From assembly GCA_965242865.1 (NCBI GenBank), contig CBDETK010000013.1, positions 5,536,001-5,600,000 of the forward strand: 64,000 bases of DNA. The letters run 5' to 3'. How positions within the stretch are numbered: position 1 is the stretch's first letter; the number at the start of each line of letters is the position of its first letter. The position numbers and the translations under genes were made by a program. The notes beneath the pieces are model-generated. The model was not told the origin of the DNA and searched no databases. It worked only from the letters and a program-made list of their open reading frames with translations. The stretch is from Candidatus Latescibacterota bacterium (GTDB lineage: Bacteria > Latescibacterota > UBA2968 > UBA8231). Positions 37,692 to 48,770 of the stretch are shown piece by piece.

Positions 37692-38540
37692 TTACGGACC
37701 GGCGGCTGTGGAATCGACTGTTACCGGCTGCGGAGCACTGGTGATTTCGCTTATTATGGCCAGCAATTCCTTCTGCAAGGTCGGGCTTACGCGCAGGCTG
37801 TCTAGGTAGTTTTCAATGACCGGAATGGCGGCGGTCCCCACGGCCGCGATCGCCTCATGGGTTAGGGCGCGTTCTTCGGGCGTGGGGTCGTATTCCATCT
37901 GCATAGGCTCGATGGGCGTGCCGAACATGCTCACTCGGGGCTGCCCCCCTTCCCCAAAGGGATCCAATCCTATGTTTGGATAGCGTCGCTGGCCGGCCGT
38001 GGAATCGGCGTCGAGCGGGCCATAAGGGCCGTAGGGAAAGGGGCGCTCCTCGCCGGTGAACACGCCCCGTCGGGTTCGCTGCTCAGTGCGGAGCGCGAGT
38101 AGGTCGTAGTAGCCGAGGGCATTCACCAAAATTTCGGCCGCCTTGGTCCCCCCCATCTTTCCGAGCGCTTCAATCGCGGCCATCCGCAGCTCGGCGTCGG
38201 CCGTATTGAGCGAGCGATCGAGCAACCGCCCTATATCCGGGGCTGCGTCTTGGTCGCCGATCGCGCCCAGCGAGCGGAGCGCGTCCTGCTTGAGCGTGGT
38301 GCGCTGCTCGTAGTCTTGGAGCGCCATTCTCAGCACGGGCACGGCGCGCGGGTCGCCGATCTCCCCGAGAATGCGCGCGGCCTTGCGCCGCGTGGCGTAG
38401 GGATAGTCTTGGCGGGAGACGATCTCCATGATCCGGTCTAACTGGGCGTGGTCGCCCTCCTGATAGAGCGCGTGCATCTGGTTGACATTCGTGCAACCTA
38501 AAGGGGCCAAAACGACCACTAAAAGCGCGATTCCATACAT
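37692..38540 (-). CDS. HEAT-repeat lipoprotein
   Basis: PLGC lipobox; R..AA..LGEIGDPRAVP.L repeats. Confidence 0.8.
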   Translation of the reverse strand: MYGIALLVVVLAPLGCTNVNQMHALYQEGDHAQLDRIMEIVSRQDYPYATRRKAARILGEIGDPRAVPVLRMALQDYEQRTTLKQDALRSLGAIGDQDAAPDIGRLLDRSLNTADAELRMAAIEALGKMGGTKAAEILVNALGYYDLLALRTEQRTRRGVFTGEERPFPYGPYGPLDADSTAGQRRYPNIGLDPFGEGGQPRVSMFGTPIEPMQMEYDPTPEERALTHEAIAAVGTAAIPVIENYLDSLRVSPTLQKELLAIISEITSAPQPVTVDSTAAGP

Positions 38541-38644
38541 GGCTGTCCTCCTCTGTCCTCCCCTTGCTGCAAAGCGGGCTTTCCTCTATACTTGCAAACT
38601 GCAAACTGCAAATTTCCCACTGCACAGCAACAGCAAAAACTCCA

Positions 38645-39436
38645 GTGAACGCCCCACAAACCCACAACCGCCAACCCATTCCCGGCATTAAAGATACACT
38701 GGCCATCGCTAGCGGCAAGGGCGGCGTCGGCAAGTCCACGCTCTGCGCCAACTTGGCCGTGAGCTTGGCCGGCCAAGGGCTGCGGGTCGGCGTACTCGAC
38801 GCCGACATCTACGGCCCCAACATCCCGGGCTTGCTCGGTCTCGCCGGGCGACCCACCGCGGAGGACGGCCGCATCCAGCCCTTGGCCGCGCACGGGCTCA
38901 AAGCCATTTCCATGGGCTTGCTAATGGACCCGGGCACCCCGGTCGTGTGGCGCGGCCCCATGCTGGCCAAGATGACTCATCAGTTCCTCTTCAATGTCAC
39001 TTGGGGCGAGCTCGATTTGCTGCTCATCGACTTGCCGCCCGGGACCGGGGATGTGCAAATCACCCTGACCCAAGTGGCCCCGTTGACGGCCGCCTTGATC
39101 GTCACCACGCCCTCGGCCATTGCCCTCGAAGACGTGCGCCGCGGCGTTGAGATGTTCCGCCAGACCGAGGTGCCCATCGTCGGCCTAATCGAAAACATGA
39201 GCTATTTCCACTGCGACCGCTGCGGCCATGCGGACCCCATCTTTGGCACGGGTGGGGGCCGCGCCACCGCCCGCCGCTTGGGCATTCCCCATCTGGGCGA
39301 AATCCCGCTCGACCCGCTCGTCCGCCACCAAGCCGATGCGGGGGCGCCGGTCGTGCGATCGCATCCCCAAGCCGAGGGCAGCCAAGCCCTCGCGCACCTC
39401 GCCACTGCCATCGGCGCGTACTTCGAGCACCGATGA
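38645..39436 (+). CDS. apbC: Mrp/NBP35 Fe-S cluster carrier ATPase
   Basis: ASGKGGVGKST, DADIYGP, DLPPGTGD, ENMS..CxxC. Confidence 0.9.
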   Translation: MNAPQTHNRQPIPGIKDTLAIASGKGGVGKSTLCANLAVSLAGQGLRVGVLDADIYGPNIPGLLGLAGRPTAEDGRIQPLAAHGLKAISMGLLMDPGTPVVWRGPMLAKMTHQFLFNVTWGELDLLLIDLPPGTGDVQITLTQVAPLTAALIVTTPSAIALEDVRRGVEMFRQTEVPIVGLIENMSYFHCDRCGHADPIFGTGGGRATARRLGIPHLGEIPLDPLVRHQADAGAPVVRSHPQAEGSQALAHLATAIGAYFEHR

Positions 39437-40443
39437 GCCGCGTCCAAATCGCCTGCGTTGGCGCGGGGTATTGGGGCAAAAACCTAGTGCGCGTCTTCCG
39501 CGAGTTGCCCGACGTGCAGCTGCGCCACGTTTGCGACGCCAGCTCGAACATCCGCAGCACCATCCAGCACCAGTTCCCAGCAGTCCCAGTCACCGCCCGT
39601 TACGACGAGGTGCTCAACGACGACGCGCTCGACGCAGTGGTATTGGCGGTGCCGGCCTCGGACCACTACGAATTGGCCCGCCGCGCCCTAGCGCACGGCA
39701 AGCACGTGTACGTCGAAAAGCCCATGACCCTCAACGCCACCACAGCGGCTCACTTGGTCGAATTAGCCGCCGAGCGGGACCGGGTGCTCATGGTCGGGCA
39801 CCTGCTCAAGTACCACCCGGCCGTGCAAATGCTGCATGGTTTGATAAGGGAAGGGGCGCTGGGCGACTTGTACTATTTGTACTCCCAGCGCGTCAACTTG
39901 GGCATTGTCCGTAGCGACGAAAACGCCCTGTGGAGCTTGGCGCCCCACGACATAGCGGTCATCCTGTACCTGCTCGGCCAAGAGCCGGACGCCGTCAGCG
40001 CCCGCGGCGAGTGCTATTTGCAAGCCGACATCGAAGACGTGGTCTTTGCCAATTTGCACTTTGCCGATGGCAAGATGGCGCAGATGCAACTCTCTTGGCT
40101 CGACCCGCACCGCATCCGCCGCCTGACAGTGGTCGGCAGCCGCAAGATGGCGGTGTTTGACGACGTGGAGAGCACGGAAAAGGTGCGCATCTACGACAAA
40201 TCGGCTGAGCGGCCCCAATACGACTCGTATGGCGATTCCATCGCGCTGCGCTTTGGCGATGTCGTCATTCCGCGGCTGCAAATGGCCGAGCCGCTCAAGC
40301 TCGAATGCCAGCACTTCGCCGAGTGCGTGCGCACCGGCCAAGTGCCGCGCAGCGATGGCCGCGACGGGCTGCGCGTCGTGCGCGTCTTGGAGGCGGCCCA
40401 GGCGTCGCTGCGCCAAGCCGGGGCTCCCGTGCCGCTGCGCTAG
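39433..40443 (+). CDS. Gfo/Idh/MocA oxidoreductase
   Basis: GAGYWG, HVYVEKP, LAPHD. Confidence 0.9.
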   Translation: MSRVQIACVGAGYWGKNLVRVFRELPDVQLRHVCDASSNIRSTIQHQFPAVPVTARYDEVLNDDALDAVVLAVPASDHYELARRALAHGKHVYVEKPMTLNATTAAHLVELAAERDRVLMVGHLLKYHPAVQMLHGLIREGALGDLYYLYSQRVNLGIVRSDENALWSLAPHDIAVILYLLGQEPDAVSARGECYLQADIEDVVFANLHFADGKMAQMQLSWLDPHRIRRLTVVGSRKMAVFDDVESTEKVRIYDKSAERPQYDSYGDSIALRFGDVVIPRLQMAEPLKLECQHFAECVRTGQVPRSDGRDGLRVVRVLEAAQASLRQAGAPVPLR

Positions 40444-42632
40444 CGCACGGTAAATTCCGAGCGAACCTCGGCTTGGTTGCCGCTCATGTCCCGCACCCTC
40501 AGCACCAAGCGGTGCGCGCCCGGCGGCAAATTTTCCGCCCAATGCCCATACACGCGCCCGGCTTCTGGATCGTATTCGGCGATCAGCGGGCGTCCGTCGA
40601 GCTCAAACTCGATGTCCTCTTCCCGCCCAATGCCCGAGCCGGAGTCGCGCACCGCGCCGCGAATTTCTGGGCGCGGGCCAACGACCGCCCCTTGAGCCGG
40701 CTGCAACCCGCCAATTTGGGGCGCTTCGAGGTCCGCCAACAGCGCGTAGCGGCCAAAGCGACGCACCCGCGCCACCACCTGCCGCGCCCCAGCGTCCCAC
40801 TCGTTGCTGACGAGCGTCCACTTTTCAGGGGCCACCTGTCGGTAGATGCCCAGTTTTTCCGGCACCAGGGAGCCGCGGTCGTAGCGCAAGCGCAGCTCGA
40901 CCTTGTGGTCAAAGCTGAGCTCAGGCCCCAAGGCAAATGCCGGCCCGGCTTCGACTAAAGCGGCGGGCACCTGCGGCTCAAAGGCCACAACTTGGGGGAA
41001 AAACGGCGCGTACGCGCTCGCCACGGCAAACCCCAATTCGACCGTGCCGTTGGCGTAGCGTAGCTCGGCCGCAGCTCCCGGCTTCACGACCTGCCGGTCG
41101 AGGGCGACCCTTTGCACGGCGGCCTTGCCCGCGCGCAGCAAAACCGGCCCGGCGGCCGGGTCGCTCGGATCGAGCGGCACCACGGCCCGGAACTCGCGCA
41201 AGCCGGTCTGGCGGGGATTGATAGTGGCGGTGCCGGCGCGGACCAAGGGCGCCGCGCTAGGCACTTGTGAGTAGCGCAGCACGAGCTCCACAAAGTCCGG
41301 GTGGGCGCGGCGGTCCAAGGAAAAGCTCGGCGCAGCAGCCCCGTCATCGGGCAGGCGACAGACGGCAAAGGCGGCGACGCCGGCTGGATCCCGCGCCCGA
41401 ATTCGCCAGTAGGGGGCATTCCGGTGGATCCGCCACTTGAGCGGCCCGGAGCGGCTCTGCCGCCGATCGACGCGCCGCCACGTCTGGCCATCGCGCGAGC
41501 TGGCCAATTCTACTTCCACCAGCGGATCGTCCGCATCGGTTAGCTCGGCCTCGATAAAAATTCCGTCGGCTTCCGTTGCGATCCGCGCCCCGGCCAAGGC
41601 CGGCGGCTCATCGACCATCAGCCTAAAACGCGCTCGGCTCTCGTTGCCGTTGACATCCGCGACTTCGACTTCGACTTCGTGCAGCCCCTTGGCCAAGTTC
41701 AGCATTCCATCGCCCGGCCCTTGGTAGAATTCGAGGCGATTGCCCGGCTGGCGGCACAAGTTGTAAAAGCGACTCACCCCGCCCTTAAAGGCTGCGCGCG
41801 GCCGGTCCAAGTACATCTGGTGCATGTCGCCGTACCCAACTCGCTCGTAGCGCGCCGCAAAAACCGGGTCGCCGTCCACGTACAAGGCCGCGCGATAGGG
41901 GGCTAGTTTGTTGGGGGCGGCGTCGGCGCGATCGTACATCAACGCGCTGATGCTCACCGGAGAGCGCACCTGCACGGTCCGCTCCCCAATGAATTCCCCC
42001 CGGCCCGCTTGCCAGCCCAAGCGCAGCACGTACGGATCGTGCCCGCCCTCGACTTGGGCCGTGCGCCCATGCGGCGCGATGGCCACTCGTTGCACGGTCG
42101 GCGCAATCGTGTCGGCGATGGAAAACCCGTGCAAGAGGGGATTGATCGCCACGTTGTCTGCGTCGCGCAGCTCTAGGTGCAAGTGGGGCGGGCCGGCCCC
42201 GCTCTCGCCACTCCACGCGATAACCGCGCCCCCGACCACTGGAATCTCCCCGGCCTCAAAGTGCAAATCCACGCTGTAGCGGCCGCGCTGCTTTTGCGCT
42301 TGCGCCACGCGCTCGGCCACGGGCGCGGCAAAGCGCTCTAAGTGGGCATATACCACCGTGCGACCATCGGCCAATTTCTGGTACAAGGCCCGGCCATAGC
42401 CCCAAGGCGAGGTCCGCGCTCGCCAGATATAGCCGTCGGCTAGGGCCTGAATGGGGTGGCCGGTCGCGCCCCAAGTCTTGAGGTCAATGCCGGCGTGGAA
42501 GGCCCGGGCACGCGATTCGCCAAAGGTGGAAGACAAGGCGGGCGCGATTCGCAGCGGCCAGCTGAGGGCCGCCTCTTGCGCGCTCGCCGCCGGCCCCGCG
42601 ACCACCCCCAATAAGAGCATCCATTTAACCAC
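40440..42632 (-). CDS. M23-family metallopeptidase, secreted
   Basis: STFGE.R..FHAGID, YAHL, PHLHLE. Confidence 0.85.
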   Translation of the reverse strand: MVKWMLLLGVVAGPAASAQEAALSWPLRIAPALSSTFGESRARAFHAGIDLKTWGATGHPIQALADGYIWRARTSPWGYGRALYQKLADGRTVVYAHLERFAAPVAERVAQAQKQRGRYSVDLHFEAGEIPVVGGAVIAWSGESGAGPPHLHLELRDADNVAINPLLHGFSIADTIAPTVQRVAIAPHGRTAQVEGGHDPYVLRLGWQAGRGEFIGERTVQVRSPVSISALMYDRADAAPNKLAPYRAALYVDGDPVFAARYERVGYGDMHQMYLDRPRAAFKGGVSRFYNLCRQPGNRLEFYQGPGDGMLNLAKGLHEVEVEVADVNGNESRARFRLMVDEPPALAGARIATEADGIFIEAELTDADDPLVEVELASSRDGQTWRRVDRRQSRSGPLKWRIHRNAPYWRIRARDPAGVAAFAVCRLPDDGAAAPSFSLDRRAHPDFVELVLRYSQVPSAAPLVRAGTATINPRQTGLREFRAVVPLDPSDPAAGPVLLRAGKAAVQRVALDRQVVKPGAAAELRYANGTVELGFAVASAYAPFFPQVVAFEPQVPAALVEAGPAFALGPELSFDHKVELRLRYDRGSLVPEKLGIYRQVAPEKWTLVSNEWDAGARQVVARVRRFGRYALLADLEAPQIGGLQPAQGAVVGPRPEIRGAVRDSGSGIGREEDIEFELDGRPLIAEYDPEAGRVYGHWAENLPPGAHRLVLRVRDMSGNQAEVRSEFTVR

Positions 42633-43299
42633 GGTCGTCCTCGTATCTGTGTAGGGCCATGCAGTCCGGGGCCACTTCGAGAAAGTGGAAGGGCTTTTCG
42701 GTCCAAGCCCCGGTGTTGAAGTAGCACCGGCCCTGCCGTTCAATCGCCATGGCCGCATGGGTGTGCCCGCAGACGATGGCTTCAACCCCCTCCTGCCGCG
42801 CCACGCGCAGGGCGTTGCGGGCCACGTGCTTATTGAGTATCCGGTAGAACAAAGGCCACTTCTTGGCGTACTCGGCCACGTGGGCATCGCGGCCGCCGAG
42901 CCAGATGCGGCAACAGTGCAAGCAGCGGAAGGCCCACTTGAACACCGGGTGCCGAGGCATCAGGCGGTCGAGCCGATGGCCGTGAACCACGAGCAACCGC
43001 TGGTCGAGCCGCCAGCTATCGACAAAGCGGATCTGCCCGGGATCGGCCAGCTTGAATTGGGCATCGTGGTTGCCGTACACCCAGATTACGGGCCGAGATT
43101 GCGACTCGCTCACGAGACGCTCCAGCACGGCCCGATGCGCGTCGGGCAGGGCGCGGCCCGGCTCATCTATGACGTCGCCGTTGAGCACGAGCGGCACTCC
43201 TTTGGGCAAGGCATCGAGCCAAGCCGAAAAGTTGCGGTGGTAAAAGTACGCGGATCCGAGGTGTAGATCGCTGACGATGAAGCAGTGTGCGACGCCCAT
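42625..43299 (-). CDS. Metallophosphoesterase (UDP-2,3-diacylglucosamine diphosphatase-like)
   Basis: SDLHLG, LNGD, GNHD, HG, GHTH, NTG.W. Confidence 0.85.
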   Translation of the reverse strand: MGVAHCFIVSDLHLGSAYFYHRNFSAWLDALPKGVPLVLNGDVIDEPGRALPDAHRAVLERLVSESQSRPVIWVYGNHDAQFKLADPGQIRFVDSWRLDQRLLVVHGHRLDRLMPRHPVFKWAFRCLHCCRIWLGGRDAHVAEYAKKWPLFYRILNKHVARNALRVARQEGVEAIVCGHTHAAMAIERQGRCYFNTGAWTEKPFHFLEVAPDCMALHRYEDDRG

Positions 43300-43330
43300 G
43301 TTCCTTATTGTATAGGTTATATTGAGTTTG

Positions 43331-44782
43331 ATGAATAAACAGAGAACCCCTCCGCCGCGCAAAGCAGCCTTACAGGTCCTGCTCCAGTACATCGGCCGCC
43401 TGCTGCCCAACGACCAAGAGCGGGCGGCCTTTTACCAATGCGCCCAGACGCCTCCCCCGGCTTCGCTGCGCTTAAACGCGCTGCAAGCCCAAGCGCGCCC
43501 CCTGCGCCTCCACTTGCACCAGCGCGGCCAAAGCGTGCCTTGGTGCCGCGAGGGCTTTGCCCTGCCGGATGGCAACGCCCGCCTCGGCCAGACCATTGAA
43601 CACGCGCTGGGCGCGTATTACGTCCAAGCCAAGGCCCCGATGCTGGCCGTTGAAGTCTTGGCCCCCCAGCCCGGGGAGCGCGTCCTCGACCTGTGCGCGG
43701 CCCCTGGGGGCAAGGCCACCCAGATTGCCGCGCACATGCAAAACAGCGGCCTGCTGCTGGTCAACGAAATGCAGCGCAAGCGCGTGCCGGCCCTCGTGGG
43801 CAATTTGGAGCGCTGTGGGGTGGCCAATCACGTCTTAACCCAAGCCCCGGGCACCCTGCTGACTCGTTACTTCCCCAACTTTTTCGACCGCGTCCTCGTC
43901 GATGCACCGTGCTCGGGCGACGGCATCGTGCGCAAAGACCAGAACATGCTCGCGTATTGGTCGCCGCAAGACGCCCAACGCCTCGCCCAGCAACAGATCG
44001 GCCTGCTGCGCGCCGCTTATGCCATGCTCCGCCCTGGCGGCACCCTCGTGTACTCGACCTGCTCGCTATCGCTGGAGGAAAACGAAGCGGTGTTGTTGGG
44101 GGTTTTGCGCCGCTACGGCGACGATGTCGCCATCCTCCCCATCCCCGCGGTCGCGGAGCGGCCCTTGCCCGCGGCGCTGGCCAGCCAGTTCCCGGCCGAG
44201 TTCGCCGGCTGCGCCCGCATCTGGCCCCACCGCCACGACACCGAAGGAGCTTTTGTCGCCTGCCTCTCCAAACGCGCCCCGACGCCAAGCCCGGAAGACG
44301 CCCCGGCTTGGGATGTTTCGACGATCGATGCGGCCGCGACCGAAGCTCGCCGCGCCATTGAAAGCCGGTGGGGCGGCACCCTGCCCTGCCCCGCAGACCA
44401 GATATTCACCCTCGGCAACCGCCACTTGTGCCGGCAACCGGCCCTCGGCCCGGCCCTCCAAGCGCAGCTGCCGCACTTCGTCCGCAGCGGTATGAAGGCG
44501 GCCCGCTGCCACAAAGGGTACTACTACCTGTCCCAGCAAACCGTCGCTCTGTGGGGGCATCGCATGCAAGGCCCCAGCGTCGAATTGAGCTGGCCCCAAC
44601 TACAGGACCTATTCAAGGGGCGTCCGATCGAGTGCGACCCGCCCCTGGGTCTCAAGGGCGAGATTTTCTGCCGCTTTGGGCCGTGGACGGTCTGCCGCGC
44701 CATCGCCCGCGAACAAGGCCGCCGGCTCGAAGGCATGCTGCCGCGTGCGTTGTTCCGCGCCAATTTGGAGCGGCTGGTGTAG
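43331..44782 (+). CDS. RsmB/NOP2 (RsmF-like) RNA m5C methyltransferase
   Basis: VLDLCAAPGGK, DAPCSG, YSTCS, ENE. Confidence 0.9.
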   Translation: MNKQRTPPPRKAALQVLLQYIGRLLPNDQERAAFYQCAQTPPPASLRLNALQAQARPLRLHLHQRGQSVPWCREGFALPDGNARLGQTIEHALGAYYVQAKAPMLAVEVLAPQPGERVLDLCAAPGGKATQIAAHMQNSGLLLVNEMQRKRVPALVGNLERCGVANHVLTQAPGTLLTRYFPNFFDRVLVDAPCSGDGIVRKDQNMLAYWSPQDAQRLAQQQIGLLRAAYAMLRPGGTLVYSTCSLSLEENEAVLLGVLRRYGDDVAILPIPAVAERPLPAALASQFPAEFAGCARIWPHRHDTEGAFVACLSKRAPTPSPEDAPAWDVSTIDAAATEARRAIESRWGGTLPCPADQIFTLGNRHLCRQPALGPALQAQLPHFVRSGMKAARCHKGYYYLSQQTVALWGHRMQGPSVELSWPQLQDLFKGRPIECDPPLGLKGEIFCRFGPWTVCRAIAREQGRRLEGMLPRALFRANLERLV

Positions 44783-44793
44783 CTGGTGTAGGG

Positions 44794-45408
44794 TTATCGC
44801 GCCGGTCCCGACCACGGGGGGAAGAGCTGGTGTTCAATCCCCAGCACATTGCAGATGCGGCCGGCGATAAAATCGCCCAAATCGTCCAAGGTCTGCGGCT
44901 TTTGGTAAAAAGCTGGCATGGCCGGCAGAATGACGGCACCGGCCTCGGCTGCGACCGTCATATTGCGCAACTGAAGCAGGTTGAGCGGGGTCTCGCGCAC
45001 CACCAGCACCAGCGGCCGCCGCTCCTTGAGGCTGACGTCGGCGGCCCGCTCAATCAGGCTCGCAGACGCCCCCCGAGCAATGCTAGACAGCGTCTTGACC
45101 GAACAAGGCACCACCACCATCCCATCCACCAGCACTGAGCCGCTGGCGATCTGGGCCGCTAGATCGCCGGCGTTGTACTCGTGCAGGGTGCCGGCTTGGG
45201 TCGCCTCCCCATAGCACCGCGTTACAAACGCGCGCACGCTCTCCTCGCTGGGGCGAAAGCCCAATTCTTCGACGAGCAGGTAGCGCCCGTACTTGGACAG
45301 GACTAGATGTACTTGGTGGCCGCCGATCAGCAGGGCGCGCAGCAGGCGGCCGGCGTAGAGCGCACCGCTGGCCCCGGTGATGCCGACGACGATCTGCTTG
45401 CCGCTCAT
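44794..45408 (-). CDS. ubiX: Flavin prenyltransferase
   Basis: GITGASG, IASGS, PCS..TL, LKERR.L.LV.RETP, PAFY..P. Confidence 0.92.
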   Translation of the reverse strand: MSGKQIVVGITGASGALYAGRLLRALLIGGHQVHLVLSKYGRYLLVEELGFRPSEESVRAFVTRCYGEATQAGTLHEYNAGDLAAQIASGSVLVDGMVVVPCSVKTLSSIARGASASLIERAADVSLKERRPLVLVVRETPLNLLQLRNMTVAAEAGAVILPAMPAFYQKPQTLDDLGDFIAGRICNVLGIEHQLFPPWSGPAR

Positions 45409-47387
45409 GACGCGCCCTTGCGGCCTTGGCGGCCGGCTTCGAGGGCGGCGACAATCGCTTCCACGTCATAGACGCAACCGCCCCAGGTGCCGCCGCCGGC
45501 GTTTTGCAACGCCGCCCACAGCCGCGTGTCGTCGGGCAGTTCTGCTTCGGGCGCGAGGTCTGGGCGCAAGGCGCGCTCGGCGAGCACTCGCTGGCCTTTG
45601 GCCGCGCCAAATTCCTCGCCCGCGCAGCCGACCAAGTCAATGCGTCCACGCAGGTTGCGGCAATCGATTTCAATGGCGATTAAGTCGCCGTCCCGCAGCT
45701 TGCCAATCGGGCCGCCGGCCAGGGCCTCTGGGCCGATGTGCCCGATGCAAGGGCCGGACGAAAAGCCCGAAAACCGCGCGTCCGTCAGCAGGGCTACGCG
45801 CTTGCCAATATCCGTGTATTTGAGCGCGATCGTAACCTGCGCGACTTCCTCCATGCCCGTGCCCATCGGGCCGCAGCTCATCATCACCAAGACGTCGCCC
45901 GGCTCAATTGCGCCGGCCTTGATCGCGGCAATGGTGTCGCGCTCGGTGGTAAAGACCTTTGCCGGTCCGGTGTGCCGATAGACCCCTTGCGCGTCCAGCA
46001 GCGCAGGGTCGATGGCCGTGCTTTTGACGACCGCGCCTTCGGGCGAGATGTTGCCAACCGGGAAGCAGGTGGTGCTGGTCAGGCCCTTGGCGCGGGCGCG
46101 GTCGGCGTCCATAATCACGGCGTCCGGGTCGATCCCGTCTAGCGTTTGCAGCGCGGCGCGGAAGCGGTGCCGGCGAGGCGCACTCTCCCACCAGTCGAGG
46201 TTTTCGCCCAGCGTCCGGCCGGTAACCGTCATCGCCCCTTCCTCCAAAAGCCCCAAGCGGCGCAGGTGCAACATGACCTCTGGCACGCCACCGGCCAAAA
46301 AGGCGCGCACCGTGACGTGGAACTCGGGGCCGTTGGGCAGCACATCGACCAAGCGCGGCACCGCCCGGTTAATCCGGTCCCAATCCTCCACCGCCGGTCG
46401 CTTTAGCCCGGCTGCGTGGGCAATGGCTGGTACGTGCAAGATCAAGTTCGTCGAACCGCCAAAGGCCGCGTGGACCACCATGGCATTGTGCAGCGCCCGC
46501 TCGGTGACCAATGCTTGCGAGCAAATGCCGGCCGCCTCCAGCACCATCAGCGCCCGCGCCGAGCGCACGGCCATGTCGAGCCAGACCGCTTCGCCCGAAG
46601 GGGCCAGTGCCGAATGCGGCAGCGACAGCCCCAGCGCCTCGCCCACGACTTGGGTCGTAGCCGCAGTCCCCAAAAACTGACAGCCGCCCCCCGGCGTGGC
46701 GCAAGCTCGGCAGCCGAGCACTTGGAAATCGTCAATGTCCAGCTCGCCGCGCGCCAGCCGCGAACCCGCCGACTGGATCGCGCCGGCATCCTCGCCCTCT
46801 TCCGGCGGCAGGGTCACCCCGCCGGGCACGACAATGACCGGCAGGTCGGGCGTCCCGGCTAGGGCCATGAGGACCGCGGGCAATCCCTTGTCGCAGGTCC
46901 CCACGCCCATCACGCCGCGCCGCGTTGGCAACGAGCGGATCAAGCGGCGCAGGAGCATGGCCGCGTCGTTGCGATACGGCAGGCTATCGAACATGCCCGT
47001 CGTGCCCTGCGAGCGGCCATCGCACGGGTCCGAGCAATAGGCGGCAAAGGGAATGCCGCCCCGGCGGTGGATTTCCTCGGCCGCGGCTTCCATCAGCAGG
47101 CCGATTTCCCAGTGGCCGGTGTGGTAGCCCAAGGCGATTGGCCGGCCATCCGGGGCGCGGATGCCGCCCTGTGTGCTGACGATGAGGAATTCTCCGCGGC
47201 CCAATTCAGCGGGGTTCCAGCCCATGCCCGCGTTTTGGCTGTAGCCAAAGATGTGCCCGCTCGGCGCTTCTACCACTTGCTCTATGGTCAGCGGCAGCTT
47301 GCCGCTGGGGCCGGGAGCGCGGGTGCGGACCTCGTAGATCGCCTCGTCGGTCTCGCCGACGATTGCTGCAAAGGAATCAGTATTCAT
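45405..47387 (-). CDS. YjhG/YagF-type sugar-acid (D-xylonate) dehydratase, IlvD/Edd family
   Basis: [33 protein letters not shown]. Confidence 0.85.
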   Translation of the reverse strand: MNTDSFAAIVGETDEAIYEVRTRAPGPSGKLPLTIEQVVEAPSGHIFGYSQNAGMGWNPAELGRGEFLIVSTQGGIRAPDGRPIALGYHTGHWEIGLLMEAAAEEIHRRGGIPFAAYCSDPCDGRSQGTTGMFDSLPYRNDAAMLLRRLIRSLPTRRGVMGVGTCDKGLPAVLMALAGTPDLPVIVVPGGVTLPPEEGEDAGAIQSAGSRLARGELDIDDFQVLGCRACATPGGGCQFLGTAATTQVVGEALGLSLPHSALAPSGEAVWLDMAVRSARALMVLEAAGICSQALVTERALHNAMVVHAAFGGSTNLILHVPAIAHAAGLKRPAVEDWDRINRAVPRLVDVLPNGPEFHVTVRAFLAGGVPEVMLHLRRLGLLEEGAMTVTGRTLGENLDWWESAPRRHRFRAALQTLDGIDPDAVIMDADRARAKGLTSTTCFPVGNISPEGAVVKSTAIDPALLDAQGVYRHTGPAKVFTTERDTIAAIKAGAIEPGDVLVMMSCGPMGTGMEEVAQVTIALKYTDIGKRVALLTDARFSGFSSGPCIGHIGPEALAGGPIGKLRDGDLIAIEIDCRNLRGRIDLVGCAGEEFGAAKGQRVLAERALRPDLAPEAELPDDTRLWAALQNAGGGTWGGCVYDVEAIVAALEAGRQGRKGAS

Positions 47388-47403
47388 GCGGCCTCGTTGG
47401 ACT

Positions 47404-48420
47404 TTACCAGCCCTCTTCGCGGACTTGGATTTTCTTTAGCAGGGGACGCCACCAGGCTTCGTGGTCGCGGTACCAGTGGACCGTATCGCGGAAGCCTTGG
47501 GCAAAATCGACTTGGGGTTCCCAACCCAACTCGGTGCGGATTTTGGTCGAGTCGAGCAGATAGCGGCGGTCGTGCCCGGGCCGATCCTCAACGTAGGTTT
47601 TGTGCGCGGCGTCCATCCCCAAGGCGTCGAGGATGAGGTCCGCAATGGTTTCGACGTCTTTTTCTACGCCGCTGCCCACGTTGTACGTGTGGCCGATCTC
47701 GCCTTTCTTGAGCACGAGGTCAATGGCCCGGCAGTGGTCGTCCACGTGGAGCCACTCGCGGCGGTTGTGGCTCGATTTGTACAGCGGCATCCTCTGGCCA
47801 GTGAGCAGGCGGACGACAAAGAAGGGGATGACTTTTTCGGGGAATTGGTAGGGGCCAAAGTTGTTGGCGCAATTCGACAGGGTCACGGGCAGGCCAAAGG
47901 TGTGGCTGTAGGCGCGCACGGCCAGATCTGCGGCGGCCTTGGCCGCGTTGTACGGGGTTTGCGGTCGGTACGGCGATTCCTCGCTAAAGGACTCGTCCGC
48001 GTCGAGGGCCAAGTCGCCGTACACTTCGCAGGTGGAAATGTGGTGGAAGCGCGGCACTTGGGCGTCGGCCGCAGCCTGCAACAGCTTTTGCGTACCCACG
48101 ACGTTGGTCTGAAAAAAGGCCGAGGGGTTGACAAGGGCCAAGCTGTTGTGCGATTCCGCGGCAAAGTTGACTACGTAGTCCGGGCGATGGACCGCGAAGA
48201 GGTGGCGAGTCAGGTCGGCGTTCTGAATGTCGCCGCGGACAAAGGTATAGCGGTCGCCGTAGCTTGCTTTCACGTCCGCGAGGCTGGCCAAATTGCCGGC
48301 GTAGGTGAGCAGGTCGTAGTTGACAACGCGGTCGTCGGGATAGGCCGATAGCCAGTAGCGAATGAAATTGGAGCCGATGAAGCCGGCGCCGCCGGTGACG
48401 AATAGGGTTCTAGGCAGCAT
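47404..48420 (-). CDS. rfbB: dTDP-glucose 4,6-dehydratase
   Basis: [43 protein letters not shown]. Confidence 0.92.
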   Translation of the reverse strand: MLPRTLFVTGGAGFIGSNFIRYWLSAYPDDRVVNYDLLTYAGNLASLADVKASYGDRYTFVRGDIQNADLTRHLFAVHRPDYVVNFAAESHNSLALVNPSAFFQTNVVGTQKLLQAAADAQVPRFHHISTCEVYGDLALDADESFSEESPYRPQTPYNAAKAAADLAVRAYSHTFGLPVTLSNCANNFGPYQFPEKVIPFFVVRLLTGQRMPLYKSSHNRREWLHVDDHCRAIDLVLKKGEIGHTYNVGSGVEKDVETIADLILDALGMDAAHKTYVEDRPGHDRRYLLDSTKIRTELGWEPQVDFAQGFRDTVHWYRDHEAWWRPLLKKIQVREEGW

Positions 48421-48631
48421 AGGCGATGACTTCCAGCTCAGCGGCTTCATCCGTCTGCTCGAGTAAATTCTCAATCTTTTCCATGACTGGATCCTCAATA
48501 GAGAACTCAGGGCAATTGGTGCATTCCAGCACAGGTAGCCTCTTGATCACGACAATACTAGTCGGCCCAAGGCGGAAGGGCAGGTCTGAAATGGTCAGCT
48601 CTAAGCGTCCTCCACAAACATGACACTTCAC
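48410..48631 (-). CDS. YgiT-type zinc-finger protein (MqsA-like antitoxin N-domain)
   Basis: KCHVCGG...VVIKRLPVLECTNC. Confidence 0.8.
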   Translation of the reverse strand: MKCHVCGGRLELTISDLPFRLGPTSIVVIKRLPVLECTNCPEFSIEDPVMEKIENLLEQTDEAAELEVIAYAA

Positions 48632-48770
48632 GATGATACTCTCCGTGTTTTTAGGTCTGGCAACCATTCTAGTTTGCTCGGTCGGTATGTGGTCACGATC
48701 CGGACGTTTTTATCTTTTACGTCCGTCGCGAAAAGAATATGATAACATTCTCCTGCATGTTCAGTGTATA
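48628..48770 (-). pseudogene. 3' remnant of a DUF4258 toxin, cut by the IS630 insertion
   Basis: ...HILFATDVKDKNVRIVTTYRPSKLEWLPDLKTRR; stop overlaps the YgiT start; abuts the IS630 end at a TA. Confidence 0.7.

Noticed and set aside
38592-38615. Heptamer repeats (tgcaaac; also ttagtgg at ~17635)
   Set aside because: Only about three units, intergenic, no supportable function.
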